From NCBI GenBank assembly GCA_965637545.1, contig OZ281501.1:1488001-1552000 (forward strand): a DNA stretch of 64,000 nt. The letters run 5' to 3'. Source of the DNA: Phallusia mammillata (taxonomy: Eukaryota). Each line of letters opens with the position of its first letter. Position 1 is the stretch's first letter. Under the pieces are notes generated by a model. It did no database searches and was not told the DNA's origin. It saw nothing but the letters and a program-made list of their open reading frames with translations. A program made the position numbers and the translations under genes. Positions 1-13,500 of the stretch are shown here, in pieces.

Positions 1-804
1 CGATGCCGCTGGCCGGTTTGAATTGAGATAAACGACCCAAACTGACACCCGGGGCTTAAACTCACATCGACCGGCACGTGGACCTGAGGTTTCGACCCCA
101 ATCGTTATGTGAGCGTTCCGACTCATTAGGCAAGTAGGCACGTGACTTTTCGGGGGCTTTGGCCGCGTAAACCGCAAAAGTTACCCCGTTTGATTGCAAT
201 CAACGCGGCGAACAGGGACTTTGTTCTTTCGCGGCAAAACAAGCCCAGCCGAGACGTGGAAAGGGTAAAAACGCCCCATGGTCAAACGTCGTGGGCTCGA
301 CGCGCGGTCTATCTTTGTTAAAAGCGCCTTATTATGAAGCAAAAGGTGGAACGGCGGGGCCGCGTTAATTAGGGGGTATGTTACAATACACAGGGTTTGA
401 AGCGCCTTAGCAGACCGCTGATCGCTTTTAATGGGATTTCAAATGCATCCGTTTTAGAATATTAACGAGAAATGAACTGCTTCGATATTACGCTTGTTAT
501 TTCCTTGATCAAAAGAAATATTAGCGCTAAAACACAACTTCGAAACTCAGATGCCTTCAATAAGCGAAATTAAATATTCTGCTATGTAATGTCAGATTCA
601 ACTGCGTCACTGACGTTGGTCGTCTACCGCTATTCTTGAGTATTTGTGTATTTAATAAGTAAAGACAGATCCGTCGGTCACCACAGGCTGATTTTTGGAG
701 TCTGTTATGACATTACAGTTTTTAACACAGTGTACAAAACTCTGGGTCAACAGATATACACAATTTCTTACAAAACAAATCGTTCACGAAATGCTTTTAG
801 CGTC

Positions 805-820
805 CTTATTCAAATAGAAT
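805..820 (-). other. Exact orphan copy of the Ciona-type spliced-leader 16-mer (ATTCTATTTGAATAAG)
   Basis: Plus strand 805-820 reads cttattcaaatagaat, the reverse complement of the SL. It is followed by GA rather than the GT donor, so it is not an SL RNA gene. Confidence 0.85.
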
Positions 821-3800
821 CTATGGCGCTAAAACAAAATGTGTGTTTACATTAAACGACAAATGGCGCACTTTATTTCATGTCACGTCCAAGCTTCGTC
901 CTACACAAATTCACATCCACAAACCCAGACCTTTTCCTGTCACTAATCACCCCGCACCAAATACGATCTTTCTGCGGCCGAGGAGACCCAATTATCCGCC
1001 CTTCGTTATGTAAGAAATCCAATCAATAATCAACAAGACAAAGTTTTGCGCTTGAAATCGACGTTCGGTGCTCGGTGCGTGTTTTCCGTTCCGCCGACCC
1101 AGCAATTAACGCTGCGCCATTACATGTACTATATGTCAAACCCACCAAGTTTTTATGACAACAGGGCGGCCTGAACACCAATTAGTGGCTGCAAGGCGGT
1201 CCTATGTATCAATCCTCTACATTAGCTTCGTGTGTTCAACCCTTTAAAGCAAATAGAAATCATATTTACTTACCACCACTTGGGGGCCCCGTTCCTTGCT
1301 TCACATTTTGACGTCACCATGCGAAAAATAACAAACCAAAACATCGGGTAAATCCAGACCGCCACAGAACCAACTAAATTCATTTTTCCCGCTTCTTGTA
1401 TATATACTTGAGTAGTAATCCAATATATCCTTACACTGTTAAGTTAACTAGATGCTATTTCAGTTGCCTTGCTGGCTGATTGCAGTGAATTGTTCCGTCC
1501 AAACGTTATTTCCACAATAAATGGAGAATCCAACGCGACTTGAAGACTTTTTTCAGCGCAATTTTCCTCACTTGGCACGACAACGCGGTTTTGGGTGTCA
1601 ACAGTTGTCACTTCAAAGTGCGACAATTACGTGACGTCACGGGGGGCTATGACGTCACCTGTGCACCGGCGACGCGTGAAACTGGAAAAGCGTCACTTAA
1701 GATAACCGCGTCATTAATTGCCGATAAGAAATTGTCACCACGGGTGTCTGAAAATTGAAGTTCCTGCAAAAGACACATTTGTGATGAGACTCTATAATTC
1801 TGCGGTATCTGATTGCTCAGGCAAACTCAGTTAGGAAATGTATAATGGTAATGCCAACATAGACTTTCTCCTGCTTTTCAAATTATATTCATCATATTTT
1901 TCCTACTTCAAATAAACTTTATTCTAAATACAGCTGTTATGTTTATTTCTGTCTCGTGTGCCAAAAATATGCGCCTGGCACGACAACAAAGATTTTTGGA
2001 TCGTCTGCAAGAAAACTGATTCACTACGTACAGGTTTTCTGACAGTTGTTGGCGAGCCTCAATTTCTACCACTTTCACATAATATAAAGCCCAACTGGTG
2101 TCACGCGACAAATTTGTTAAATGTGCAACCTGGTGGACGAAACGCCAGTATTTTCTACCCAAACAATTATAGTTAAAAGTTTTACGTTAAAAATATTTCC
2201 AAAGGCATAACGTCAACGTAATTCGTCACAATTAACATGCAGACAGGCTTTCCTGGAATAAAAACTTTTGCACACTTCACCCGAAACAAGGGGTTTGTTT
2301 CACGAAGCCAAACACCGCAATATCAAACTGCAGTGAACGAAGCAACCGTCAAGCACAATGTCAACGTTGCTGTCTCCTAACTGTCTCCTTTCAAACCCGG
2401 CCGAGCACTTTCTCTCGAATTCGCGCAGCCCCGGCCATTTTGAAGCCAAACCCACACACACAACAAAGGCGGGATTATTACATAAACAATTCACGCGCGA
2501 ATGACGCTCTATGACGTCATAACGGTAAAACGAGACGCCCCTAATTGGCCGGGCGGGGGTGTGGACTTGAGGGGCGAATTAGGGGGTGAAAAAGTCACCC
2601 CCAAGTGGCGGGATCGATGTTACTGCTGCTATTTTTAGCGCCGAGCTGAACGGATGTTTTGGAAATAAGACAAGTTTTTGTTTTTGTTGTAAATAGTAAA
2701 AATGCTGTGTCTTGCAACGGTTGCTTTCACTTATTCATGTCGGTTTTCGAGAATGTTCAAACACGTGCTCAGCGAGTTGGCATGATCTCAAACACGTGCT
2801 CAGCGAGTTTTCTAACGGGCATTTTGTATTCACGCCGTAAATAAGATGGAAATTTTCACGGAATCCGAATCATTAAAATTTGATTGTAGTGTAAAAATGT
2901 CAAAACACGATCAAAGTCCAAATTGTTTAAGCTTGTGTATAATAGGCTGTTGCGTGTAAAACACTAAATTCAAAATCTCAATTTCTGCAAACACATACGT
3001 TTCTAAAATACTATTTCGTTTAATTTATCATTGCTACTAATTTCCATAGTTCTAACCGTAAACGTCGATTTAAAGGATTTGTAACACTTGGTCAAAGTGT
3101 TCTGAGCTTAAATTTAATTCAAATGTACTAATTCTCGTATAGCCAACCAGCAAAACAACATGCATACACTACTATTTAATCTAATTTTCCTCACTAGCCT
3201 CTCATTTCATGTCCTGACTTAAAGACATTTAATAAAGCGGCAATCAAACTGTTTTAAATTTAAACAATAACACAGAAAGACTTCACAAAACGCCCCTTGG
3301 TTTAGCGCACATGGAACCCGAACTATATAATAATGTAGGTTCGCATTTAGATGAATTGAGCAATTTCTTGAATTTGACTTCTCCAATCATCGTCGCGCGG
3401 TTTCGGCACGTCGTGTTTTGTGGCTTAAGGTACCAATTGAAAAGGTGAAGAACTTGCATCAGATTTGGCCGCGAGATCAAAAAAACCAACGCCTTATTTC
3501 AACACTTCGCCTGATTAAAGCGCTTGAAATGTGCTCCGATTGTGCTTTCTGCAAATTCAAGGTATGCGCGTTTTTTAAGCTTAGTTTTACGGCAGCGATT
3601 GTATAAAATTGAATTAATTTCGTTTATTCTTAAAGAATATATCTCCAATTTCTTAAAATTATTGCTATAAAAATCTGTTTAAATATTTAAATTTGATGCT
3701 ATAAAAACGTACTATGCCTGTGTTTGTGTTAGACAATTTTTACCCAAATTTAATCTTCTATTTTCGTTCTGATTTCTTATGTAAACAAAACCGATTTGCA

Positions 3801-5978
3801 CAAACTATTACATCAGCAGACTTTGTCGGTTTAGCAAACAATGTTATCATTAGTAAAACGGAAATACCAGAATTCCTTGTCGGGGTAATTTTCTTGCTAG
3901 TGCTTAGCTCAGCAGTTCTTGTTAAACCCTAAAATCCTAAACAAATTTTCACAGCCTTCTCGCGGAGACAGCAAGATTACTCGCAAGCAAATTTGCTAAC
4001 ACAGAAGTAAACAGCTTAAAGCTAAAAGTTTGAAACCGTTTTTGCAACGAGCAATCGCTCACTGCTTTCTACAAGGGCGGGCTGCCCTGTTTTAAAGCAG
4101 GCGCCCTCCAAACCGCGCATTCTATATCAAACATCCCTGCCAAGTCCAATAAAACTGTCTGCTAGTGGACACAACCCTGCAGCCCTTCGCGATAAAACGG
4201 GCTGATTTTAGCGCGTTCCAATTCGCCATTGTTACATCATAAAGTGTCTATTATAATTGTTGGCTATTTACGAACGTTGTTATTATCACTAGTCACGTGG
4301 CAGGGAATTGACTAGATTTTGACGTCATAGTGCTTAGTGTTATGTCATAAGAGCGTGGCGGTGTGAAGAGTACGTAGGGTTGGGTCAATGACATTATAAC
4401 TTGTGATCATTGAATGGCATTTTTGACGAGTTCAATTATCAATGCGCCTTTATGTGGCAAATTCCAAAACGTAACGCCATATTTGGTCCCTTGAAGCAAA
4501 AAACAATTGGGCGTAAACCCATTAATTACAACGTCAGGTTGTAAACTACCTTTAAAAATAACTTTATTTTTGATAATTAGGAGTATTTGACGCTTGTAAT
4601 TTTCAGAAAATACCAAATTAAAATGAATCTACTGAACCGTTCTATTACAAAACCCAATTTGTCGAAGAAAAAATGTAGCCAAATTTTCTGGCTCTTCGTG
4701 AAATTCCAGGTAAATGATAAGATAAAGCTGCTTTTAAAAATGCCAGAGAACATTATACGATCGAACAATTAGTTGCCTCATATCTTCCTATCGAACACTG
4801 CTCATTACAGATGTCTTCTGCAAAATATTCACAGGCAAAAAGAAGCCCTCGTAAAAAAGGTTTCAAATTTATACTCCTCTTACAAGATCAATTGCAGGGT
4901 AATTGTGACGTAATAAAGACTTGCGACAATGCGGCGATTCTAGAAAATCGGGAAACTCGCTTGACACTTCGATTGGGCCGCGGTGTCGAATTGTTTGTGG
5001 AAATTGGATAATAAGACACGACGGCAGGAATTTTGCTAAACATAATAACCGGAAAAGGTGTATTCGTGATTTATTGTTGTGTGGGGGTCATGGGTTTCGA
5101 GTGCATCGTGAAAGGGTTTCGAGTGTTCAATTGTCTTGTGGTGAAAACACGTTTTAATGTTTTTTCCGCGAACAAAAACAATATTATAGATACCAAAGGG
5201 AATTTGGATTAAAGAAGAAAAAATTTACATTACAGAAAGACAACCTTATAAAGCTAAGAAAAATGTTACGTTTTGATTATTTACTGTAAATGCAAAGATA
5301 AATTGGCTTATTTTACGCTTCTAGCTATACTATAACTTCTAAAGACGAAATAAAAACAAATAGAAAAGCTAATGGACTCCAAGTATGGAATTAAAGGTAA
5401 TGTTTTGTGTATTCGTAAATTACATTTAGTTAAATTTTTATCTTTACGAAACTGGTCGTTTCTCAAAGTGCTGTAATAAAATGGGAAGTTTAAAATTTAA
5501 ATTAGATTGCAAATATTGAAAACAAATTACCTCAATAGTTTTCTCTACAGGGCTATTTCTCCTCAAATTGACAAATCTGTTTCTCAATACCTAATTGCTT
5601 CAACTTACGAATAAACACTGAATTTGGCTGCACGCGAGCAAAATATTTATTTCCTGTGTTAAATTCCCACACAATGGTGCATGGGCGAAACACGGTCTCT
5701 CTGTCTCCCTCATGCGGTAGTTACTTCTGACGTGAATTCATCACTATATGAAACCACGAAAAATATTGGTTATCTGGTTCATTTTAAGGCGGTTTTAACC
5801 CTTCTTTAGAACCAAAATATTCCTTATGAACAACACGTTGAATTAATTAAACTTGTTTTCACATCGCACAGACTAGGTGAGGCATGGTTTTTCAGCCTGT
5901 TACCCCCAACAAACTAGAGTGCCGTTGGATGGTTACACTAACCAATCTGCACGCTCGTCACCATCTGCACTAATGAGG

Positions 5979-6082
5979 GGCAGGAACTTGGCCGAGTGGT
6001 CTGGCACGCCTGACCCCATACAGACATTGAAAAAACTGATCGAGATTCGTCCCCGTGAGTGTCCTGGGTTCGAACCCCGTGA
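5979..6082 (+). repeat. Degenerate tRNA-derived (Leu/Ser-like) element or tRNA pseudogene
   Basis: A-box TGGCCGAGTGG at 5989-5999 and B-box GGTTCGAACCC at 6067-6077. No intact cloverleaf. Confidence 0.45.
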
Positions 6083-7569
6083 AAAAAGCTATACTGATAA
6101 CACCTTGAAGGTCGAAAACAGTGAAACCTTCATGCTTTTACATTTTCACATTATATTTCAACTTTCAGAACGTTATCTTATGGGTTGTGTTGTTCAACTT
6201 GTAACTTATTGTGGCAAATTACATTTCGTTATGGAAAACCTTTTGCGCGGTTGCATCTTGTCAAATAGGTTAAGTTTATGTTTCAACTTTTAATAACTTG
6301 GTAAATTGAAAACGTAAAGAAATTTTTGCTTAAATATCCACAAAAAAGAACTTCCTAAAAACCATATTCTTTGTATCACAATGTATTTATTAGAAAAAAT
6401 AAAAAGATCCAAAAACTAAAAAAACAATTATTTACAATCTAAAAGTACAAAAAAGTCAAAAATTTTTGTTCGCTCTGCTGGGATTTTCACTGTTTTAAGG
6501 ATCCATATATGACGTCATAAAGGGTTGAATTCCAAAACACGCACAAAAATGTTTAAGGACAATTATCCTTCGCTCATGGGACGTTTATCTTTCCTCGTCA
6601 CTTCCGAAGATTTCTGTAAAAGTAAAAAGAGGATTAAAAGATTGGAATAACACAAGTTCATGGTACCCAACATAATATAATGTCGTTTCGATAAAACTGC
6701 GTCAAGTATAATGAATTGTAAAATATGTTACTTGTAACAAAATGTTGTGATGAAATTTTTGTCACATGAAAACAAAAAAATGCAGGAGAATCTCTTTGCA
6801 GGCGTTATAAACAATAATTGTGGAATTGAGAATCAAACTGTTGTAAAGTCAATAAAGGAAAAAGTTTCTCCCCGCGTTGTGAGAATTTAAAGAGTGGAAC
6901 CGGATATGTAACCGAACCCGCGAACCGGTTCAAACGTATAATTTACCGGAACCGGAACGAATTATTACAAAACAAACGGAATGCAACCACAAGTTTTTGA
7001 CCTTTTGAACCCAAACAAACTGACAAATCGGTAAAATCGAACAAAGAAAAAAGAGATAAATACTTTACTTCAAATTTGCAACATTGTGAAATATACCGGT
7101 GTAACCCTGATTGACCTTTATTTCAATCAAAAAAGCCCCAATAGCAACCGAGTTAATTTTGTACTTACGTAACACTTATGTAACATAAATGCCAGTGAAC
7201 CACGAAACACCTCAGGTCAAGTCATTAAAAAATCCAATTTAAACCCCATTATGTGTTACAAAACAAGCACACAGACTGCATTGATTTTGCAGCAAGGCTT
7301 ACGCAATAAAGAGAGCGATAAGACGCCATCGCGCTACTTCAATCCCTTTAACCTCCACAAGCATTGTGACGTTCCAATGACAGGTCGCACGCATGAGTAA
7401 CCACATGATGAGACGAAAAAGGGCGAACAGATGGGATTTTAATCCTCGCGAATCCAAAGGTTTAGTTGCAAAAACCAAACGGGCGCTTCTGGACACATGT
7501 TGGTGAACTAAACCGTGGCCATTTTGAGCATATTTTGGAATTTGATTGAATTTTCATTGAATTCGTGAA

Positions 7570-10500
7570 ATGGATGACGATTACGACAGTGACGACACCG
7601 AATTTAGTGATGTCACTGATGAAGAAATGACTGCGCAAGTGTTGAAGGATATTGACGAGTCGAAAAATGTGTTTCTCTCAGAATGTCGGTAAGAGGAGGT
7701 TTAATAATTTGTCGTTTAACTGGTGTGATGCTAAACAAAAAAAACTTGTTGTTTTGTGCTTGTAAATTGTAAGAGGAATGCTCATAGACAGGAAAAACAA
7801 AATCATATACATTTAATTGAGAATGATAACACTATAATTCATTGACTGATTCTGCTATTTATATTTTCCATTCCAAATCATTTAGACATTTAGTTGTTAT
7901 TACAGCATCTATTTCGCGAATAGTGGGCATTATATGCAAACAAATAGATTCTATTTGAATAAGAGCGACTGATGATGCCCCAATGCGTGAAATATGTTAA
8001 TGCCACTGTTGACTGATTCAGATCAGGAAGCATCGTTGCTTCGTCAGCCATTTTTACAAGTCATACAGACTTAAATAATACGTTTAATTGACAACGTCTC
8101 GGGCCAATGTCGATCAGTGTATTGCTAATAATGATAGTTAGTTAAAAAGGTTTACGAACCATTGTCAAAATTGTTATAATTTTTTGAATCACAATTTTGT
8201 GTAAGAAACAAAGACATTAAAACAATGACGCAATTTCGTTGCTGACTGTAAACCACAAAGGGGCACAACAAAAAATCGAAACAAAGTCGTTTCATGCCAT
8301 AAATGTCCAACAATATAACCACAACTGAATACAGGACTTTTCGAGCAGAATAGTGACTATTATTATTACTGATATAATACAAAATTCATTCACGGCATAC
8401 CAGCTTCGCAGCATTTTTATTTTTGCTAATTCTTATGTTCGTTTTCTATGTGTTTTTTTGCATTTTGTTACAAAACTAAGAAATTGGTGGAACCAAAACC
8501 TATAATCTAATTCGTGTTTCGACAAAATCATTACGGCGACCTGACGACAGATTTTATGTCATTCAGAAGGGATTAAACGTCATCCGAACATCTGTAAGCT
8601 AGTAGCGAAATTCGATAAGGTTGCATGGCCAAATTAACACGGTGACCTGAAATAATGTGCATGTCATTAAAATCAAAAAGATATAATTGTGAGATGTATT
8701 TAGGATTTTGGAACACTTCATATGTATTTGTTGATATGTTTATTCAGGAAAATAACATGCTTTATTATTTAAACGTTTTAACAAATGCTCCCGCCATCAT
8801 CAGTGAGGGGCCTCATCAAATCATCATATGAGGGGCCTCATCAAAGATCGATAAAAACGTGCAAAAACCCAGCGTTTAGGATTTATTTTAATAAACAATA
8901 TAGGTTATGATATTTTCTGTATGTTGGAATTGCAAGATGCTAGCTATCGGACAGTTTTGTTTTAGTTTTAGCTACCATCGAATTGTTTACACAAGTTACG
9001 TTTTTCAATTACGAATTTACACTAATACATATTTGATGTGTATTTGGGCTATTACACCCTTTACGTTTGTAGCAAAATTTGCAAAACCTGTTACGATTTG
9101 ATTATACTGTACATACTCATCAAATGTCTAGAGCAGTAGTTCTCAAACTGTGCGTCGTTTAAACTTTTCAAGGGCGTCGCAGAATAGTTCGGTTTCGTGG
9201 GTTTTTGTGGTTGTATCAATAAACAAAACTTTAATAATAAGTTTCCTCATTAAATTTTATTTGCTTGTTTGTCACAAGTCCAGAAAAACTTGTCCAGGGG
9301 CGTCGCAAAAAAAAGTTTGAGAACCACTGGTCTAGAGAATGTAGAAAAACATTTTAGCTTCATACTTGATTATTTATAGCAACGCATTACCTTGTAAAGT
9401 TCCAACCCCACAATGCTTCTCATATTACATGACTTAGTTTGGCAAAAGGCTCTGGTATTCAAGTTCAGTACGCATTGGTGTGCGAAGTTATGTATAATAC
9501 AGAAGCACTTCGCGAAATTGGCGGTAGTTTGTGGATTTCAACTCCGCGAAGTCGGTAGTAAGTTTAAACGTTTTACTACCGCTTTAACAAGTCAATTCGT
9601 GACATCTACCCCCACAAGGTCACACATTCATCAACTTAAGTGACGACTTAGCACTGCGACGGACAAAAAAGAGATTGAAAATTCACAACGCTATTGTCAG
9701 TTTTGTTTTATGATGTGCGGTGATTTCTTCGTGGTAGTTTTAGTGCAGTCGCTGATTTGGTTTCATAGCACATGGTTGTAGCGGTTAGCATTCATTGTGA
9801 TGTAATTTTACATTTTACAATGTTGTAAAAAATACCATGCGAAATTAAGGGAACTAGTTCCCGCATAATGCGTATTTTATACAAACATAAATGTTGCGTG
9901 GTAACAGAAATTCGGTGTTTTCACTACAAACGATACATTCCTACAAAAAAGCTACTAACAATCATAAGGCAAAAATATCTGTCTGAACTTAATGATATAA
10001 TATTTCAAGATGTCGTAACACATTAAACCTGGTTTTACGCATTAATCCAACGAAACGTTTGAAAACGATTAAAAAATAACAATTATTTGCAAAAATGCTG
10101 AACATATTATTAGAGTACAAACTGCAACAGACCATATTGAGCATTTTTTTCAATACATCACGTTGAACCTCAATCTATTTTAACACATGCAGAAGGATTT
10201 ATGTGCGATCGATAACTTACAATATTGCTTGTAAATGCAACCGAACGGTACATACAAAACAACCAGTTTTTGGAGGAATTGTAGGCTATAAATTTGCTTG
10301 GAATATTGAAATCATAAATATATTTATGACTATAGTGCATTAAAATAGCTAGTTGCTTTAATTTTTAACATTGTTTTACTCGTAATGTTTGAATATTTTG
10401 TAAAAAATTCACCAAATATATGCAAAACTTCACATTAAAACGCAGAGTTTTTGTCGCAAGTTTTATGAAACAATGTTTGTAATTCCGACCAAAAAATAAA

Positions 10501-13500
10501 TAAATAAATTATGTATATATATATCTTTGACTAACATACCAGTACGAGCTTGTATTTTTCTGCTGCAATGTTTTAATCTGTAATTGTAAGCCCAAGTTAG
10601 TTTACCGTAACCATCTGTTACAAAACATTTTCCAAGTTACTTAATGCAAAAAGTTTAAGAAAACGTCAAAAATATGTCTCTTCACAAAACCTTTTTAATT
10701 GAATAAGAAACTGATAACGCTGTTTAAGCAAAAATGATGTGTTTCTCAAACCCTAAAGATAAACGACTTCGTTGTTTTGTGATTTGACCTTACACAGTAC
10801 AATTAAATTAGACACAAAACGTTTGCAGCTATATCGCAATATTAAATGTGTTACTTATTTGAACTGCAGGAAAGGCAACGACCTTGGAATTCGAGCACTA
10901 CTTCGATTTTCGATGCCAAATTTGGCGAGTGCGTGCGACAAAAATGGACAAGTAAGTGTCATTGTTAAGAATCAGGTTTATAATTGGTTTGGAAGTGGAG
11001 TCCACTAAGTGGACGCCTATAAGTCGGTTTCGAATTATGTTTTGAGGGGTGTAAGGAAAATAAAACTGCCCATGTCAGCAGAAAATAGGCTGTTGTATTT
11101 GAGTAAGCAATTAAAGTTCAAAAATTACCATAGGACCTTTTTAAACAGTTGTGATCAATCTTATTAAATCGGGTAGATTAAATCCCTAATTGTTAAGATT
11201 CAGGTCCATGTTGGGTAAAAATTTGGATTTTCTTTAATTTGTTTAACCAATTAAAACACAATAATCAATGTTGAATAATTTTAGACACACGGTAATGAAT
11301 GTCCTAAAAGACATATTGATGGCCAAATTGATTTAAAATCGAGTTTAGAAAGATCAAATGTAGAGAAATTAAAACCAAATACGGGAGCAAAAAATTGGGC
11401 TTCTATATTTGGGTAACCAATAAAAATTCAATAAGCATTTTAATAAATTTGTAAACAGTTGTGATCAATGTTATAAAACCGGGATGCACAAAAACCCAGG
11501 ATGTACTAGTTTAGGCGGTTTTGTTTCAGTTTTGACATTCCTATTTAATTGTGCACGGCCAATTAAAATCCAAAAGTAGGAGTGGAAAAAATCAATATGT
11601 TGTTTAATAAAAAAGTGGAAAATGCAGGATATTTTTTTACAACAAACAAAATAATTTGTAATTCTCAGCTGTTTTGAAACCTTTACTCTACATTCAATAT
11701 TCGTGTTTCCAACTGTGGTATAACGGCTGTTGTATGACCATGACTATATCAGAAGGGGTATACTTCCAGTAAAAGTCGTCCATATTATAATTTTAAAACT
11801 AGACCTACATTAAACCAGACAAAAATAAAATTTTCCGAACGAGAATAAAAAAGTATAAAGCACACGTTAAAAACTGTTTAAATCCCAAAGACCCAAAATT
11901 TTTAATCAAATCACAAAATAATATATTCTGCGCCCATTTTATTAAGTTGAGTTTATTTTACTTGGTCAAAGGACACATTGAGCGACACATTTAAAAAAAC
12001 AAAACAATTACTACGCTGGAAATAGCTTCGCAACGTTAAGCTGTTATCAAGCGCAAAACGTAAAGAGCATAATTGGTGGATAATGACTGAAACCAACTAT
12101 ATCATAAAGCGTTACGTGACAGGGACTCACATTTGATTAAAGAAAGAGTTTGGTGCAGTTTGCTATATAGCTACAGTTCCCATACTTATATAGTGCAATA
12201 AGGTTAAAAGTTCTCTAATATGTTTGAAGTTATAGAGCATGAGCCAGAATCCAAAAACAAACTTCGGTGATGAATAATTTAACAGACCAATTTTGAAACT
12301 CGCTTAGAGCCGAATACTGGTCTATTTTAGTACGTGCGTTGGGGCCATGACATTTAGACCATGTTTATACGTTATGTGGCGCTTTAAGAGGGTTGAGAAT
12401 GATACCAAAATGCTTTAAAAATCACGCAAATTAACACAGCATAAACTTCCGGTTTATGGTTTATGAATTTGAACCAACTCATTGTCAAAAATTTAACTTG
12501 AAATTTATGGTTTGTAGGCGTCAACCCAGAAAAAAACGCATAATGCAAACATACACTCATGGAAAACCTAAAATATTTTTCAATCGATTTAAATCATTGT
12601 CAAACTGTGTTTTTAGCAAATTTACCAAAATGTTTTTTGTTTAAATTGCGACAAAAAAGAGACGAATTCCCCATTCAACTACAATCTTTGCATTATTTTA
12701 AGGCATTTCATGTGGTTCGAACGCGCCGGTACAATAAGTTTACGTTAATTGAGCAACCATGTACTCCAATTTTATCATCAACGCAACCTTTACTCTACTG
12801 TAACAACATTCTGAAACAGTTTTTTCAAATTTTAGTCAGGACTAAGCCTGGCGTGTTCGACAGGAAATGTGGGCGTGGTCAGGACGCTCGTCCAATCAGG
12901 ATCGGTCGACGTAAATTTCCCTGACAACGAGGGTAATACCCCTTTAATGATGGCGTCACAAGCCGGTAAGACAATAATTTCATTACGAGTAGTATTTACC
13001 ACAATATGTTGAGATAAAACCGCGGTTTACGCACAAGCTTTCTTGATTGCATAAAGCCATAAGTAGTTTATGCGATTAACCGGATTCGTGTGTAAAATGA
13101 ATTCACTTTATTCCAAGTTATTTCGCTTCTTTGTAAACCCAGCCTCGTGTTTTAAGCACGTGTGATTTCAACTATGGGTTAAAAGTATTTGACACATTGC
13201 CACTGATTTTGGAACACTATATACGGATCTGTTCATAAGTTTAATGGTAAAAATAACGGCCCAAATAGACGTAAAAAGCTGATGATGTCATGAGCATTTG
13301 CCAAAACGTTTGAAACATAAAGCATGTCACTTTTTACGTCTATTTGGGCCGTTATTTTCACCATTACGCTCCTGTTTTTGTTCGACAGGTTTTGACGAAA
13401 TAGTCCGTTTCTTTCTCTTTCACATGCACGGAGAAGTAAATGTGGACGCTCAAAATTGCTCGGGTTTCACAGCTCTCATGAAAGCCGCTTTACATGGACG

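Noticed and set aside
5877-6293. 138-aa ORF
   Set aside because: It spans a tRNA-derived element and AT-rich sequence, with no recognisable domain or splice support.
7969-8015. CTGATGA...GAAA or CTGA after the SL copy, as a hammerhead or C/D snoRNA
   Set aside because: There is no stem II, no valid NUH triplet and no terminal stem, and it is too short for a C/D snoRNA.
8800-8845. Twice-repeated tgaggggcctcatcaaa mini-hairpin
   Set aside because: A simple short tandem duplication with no further copies or context. The same applies to the 2757-2810 duplication.
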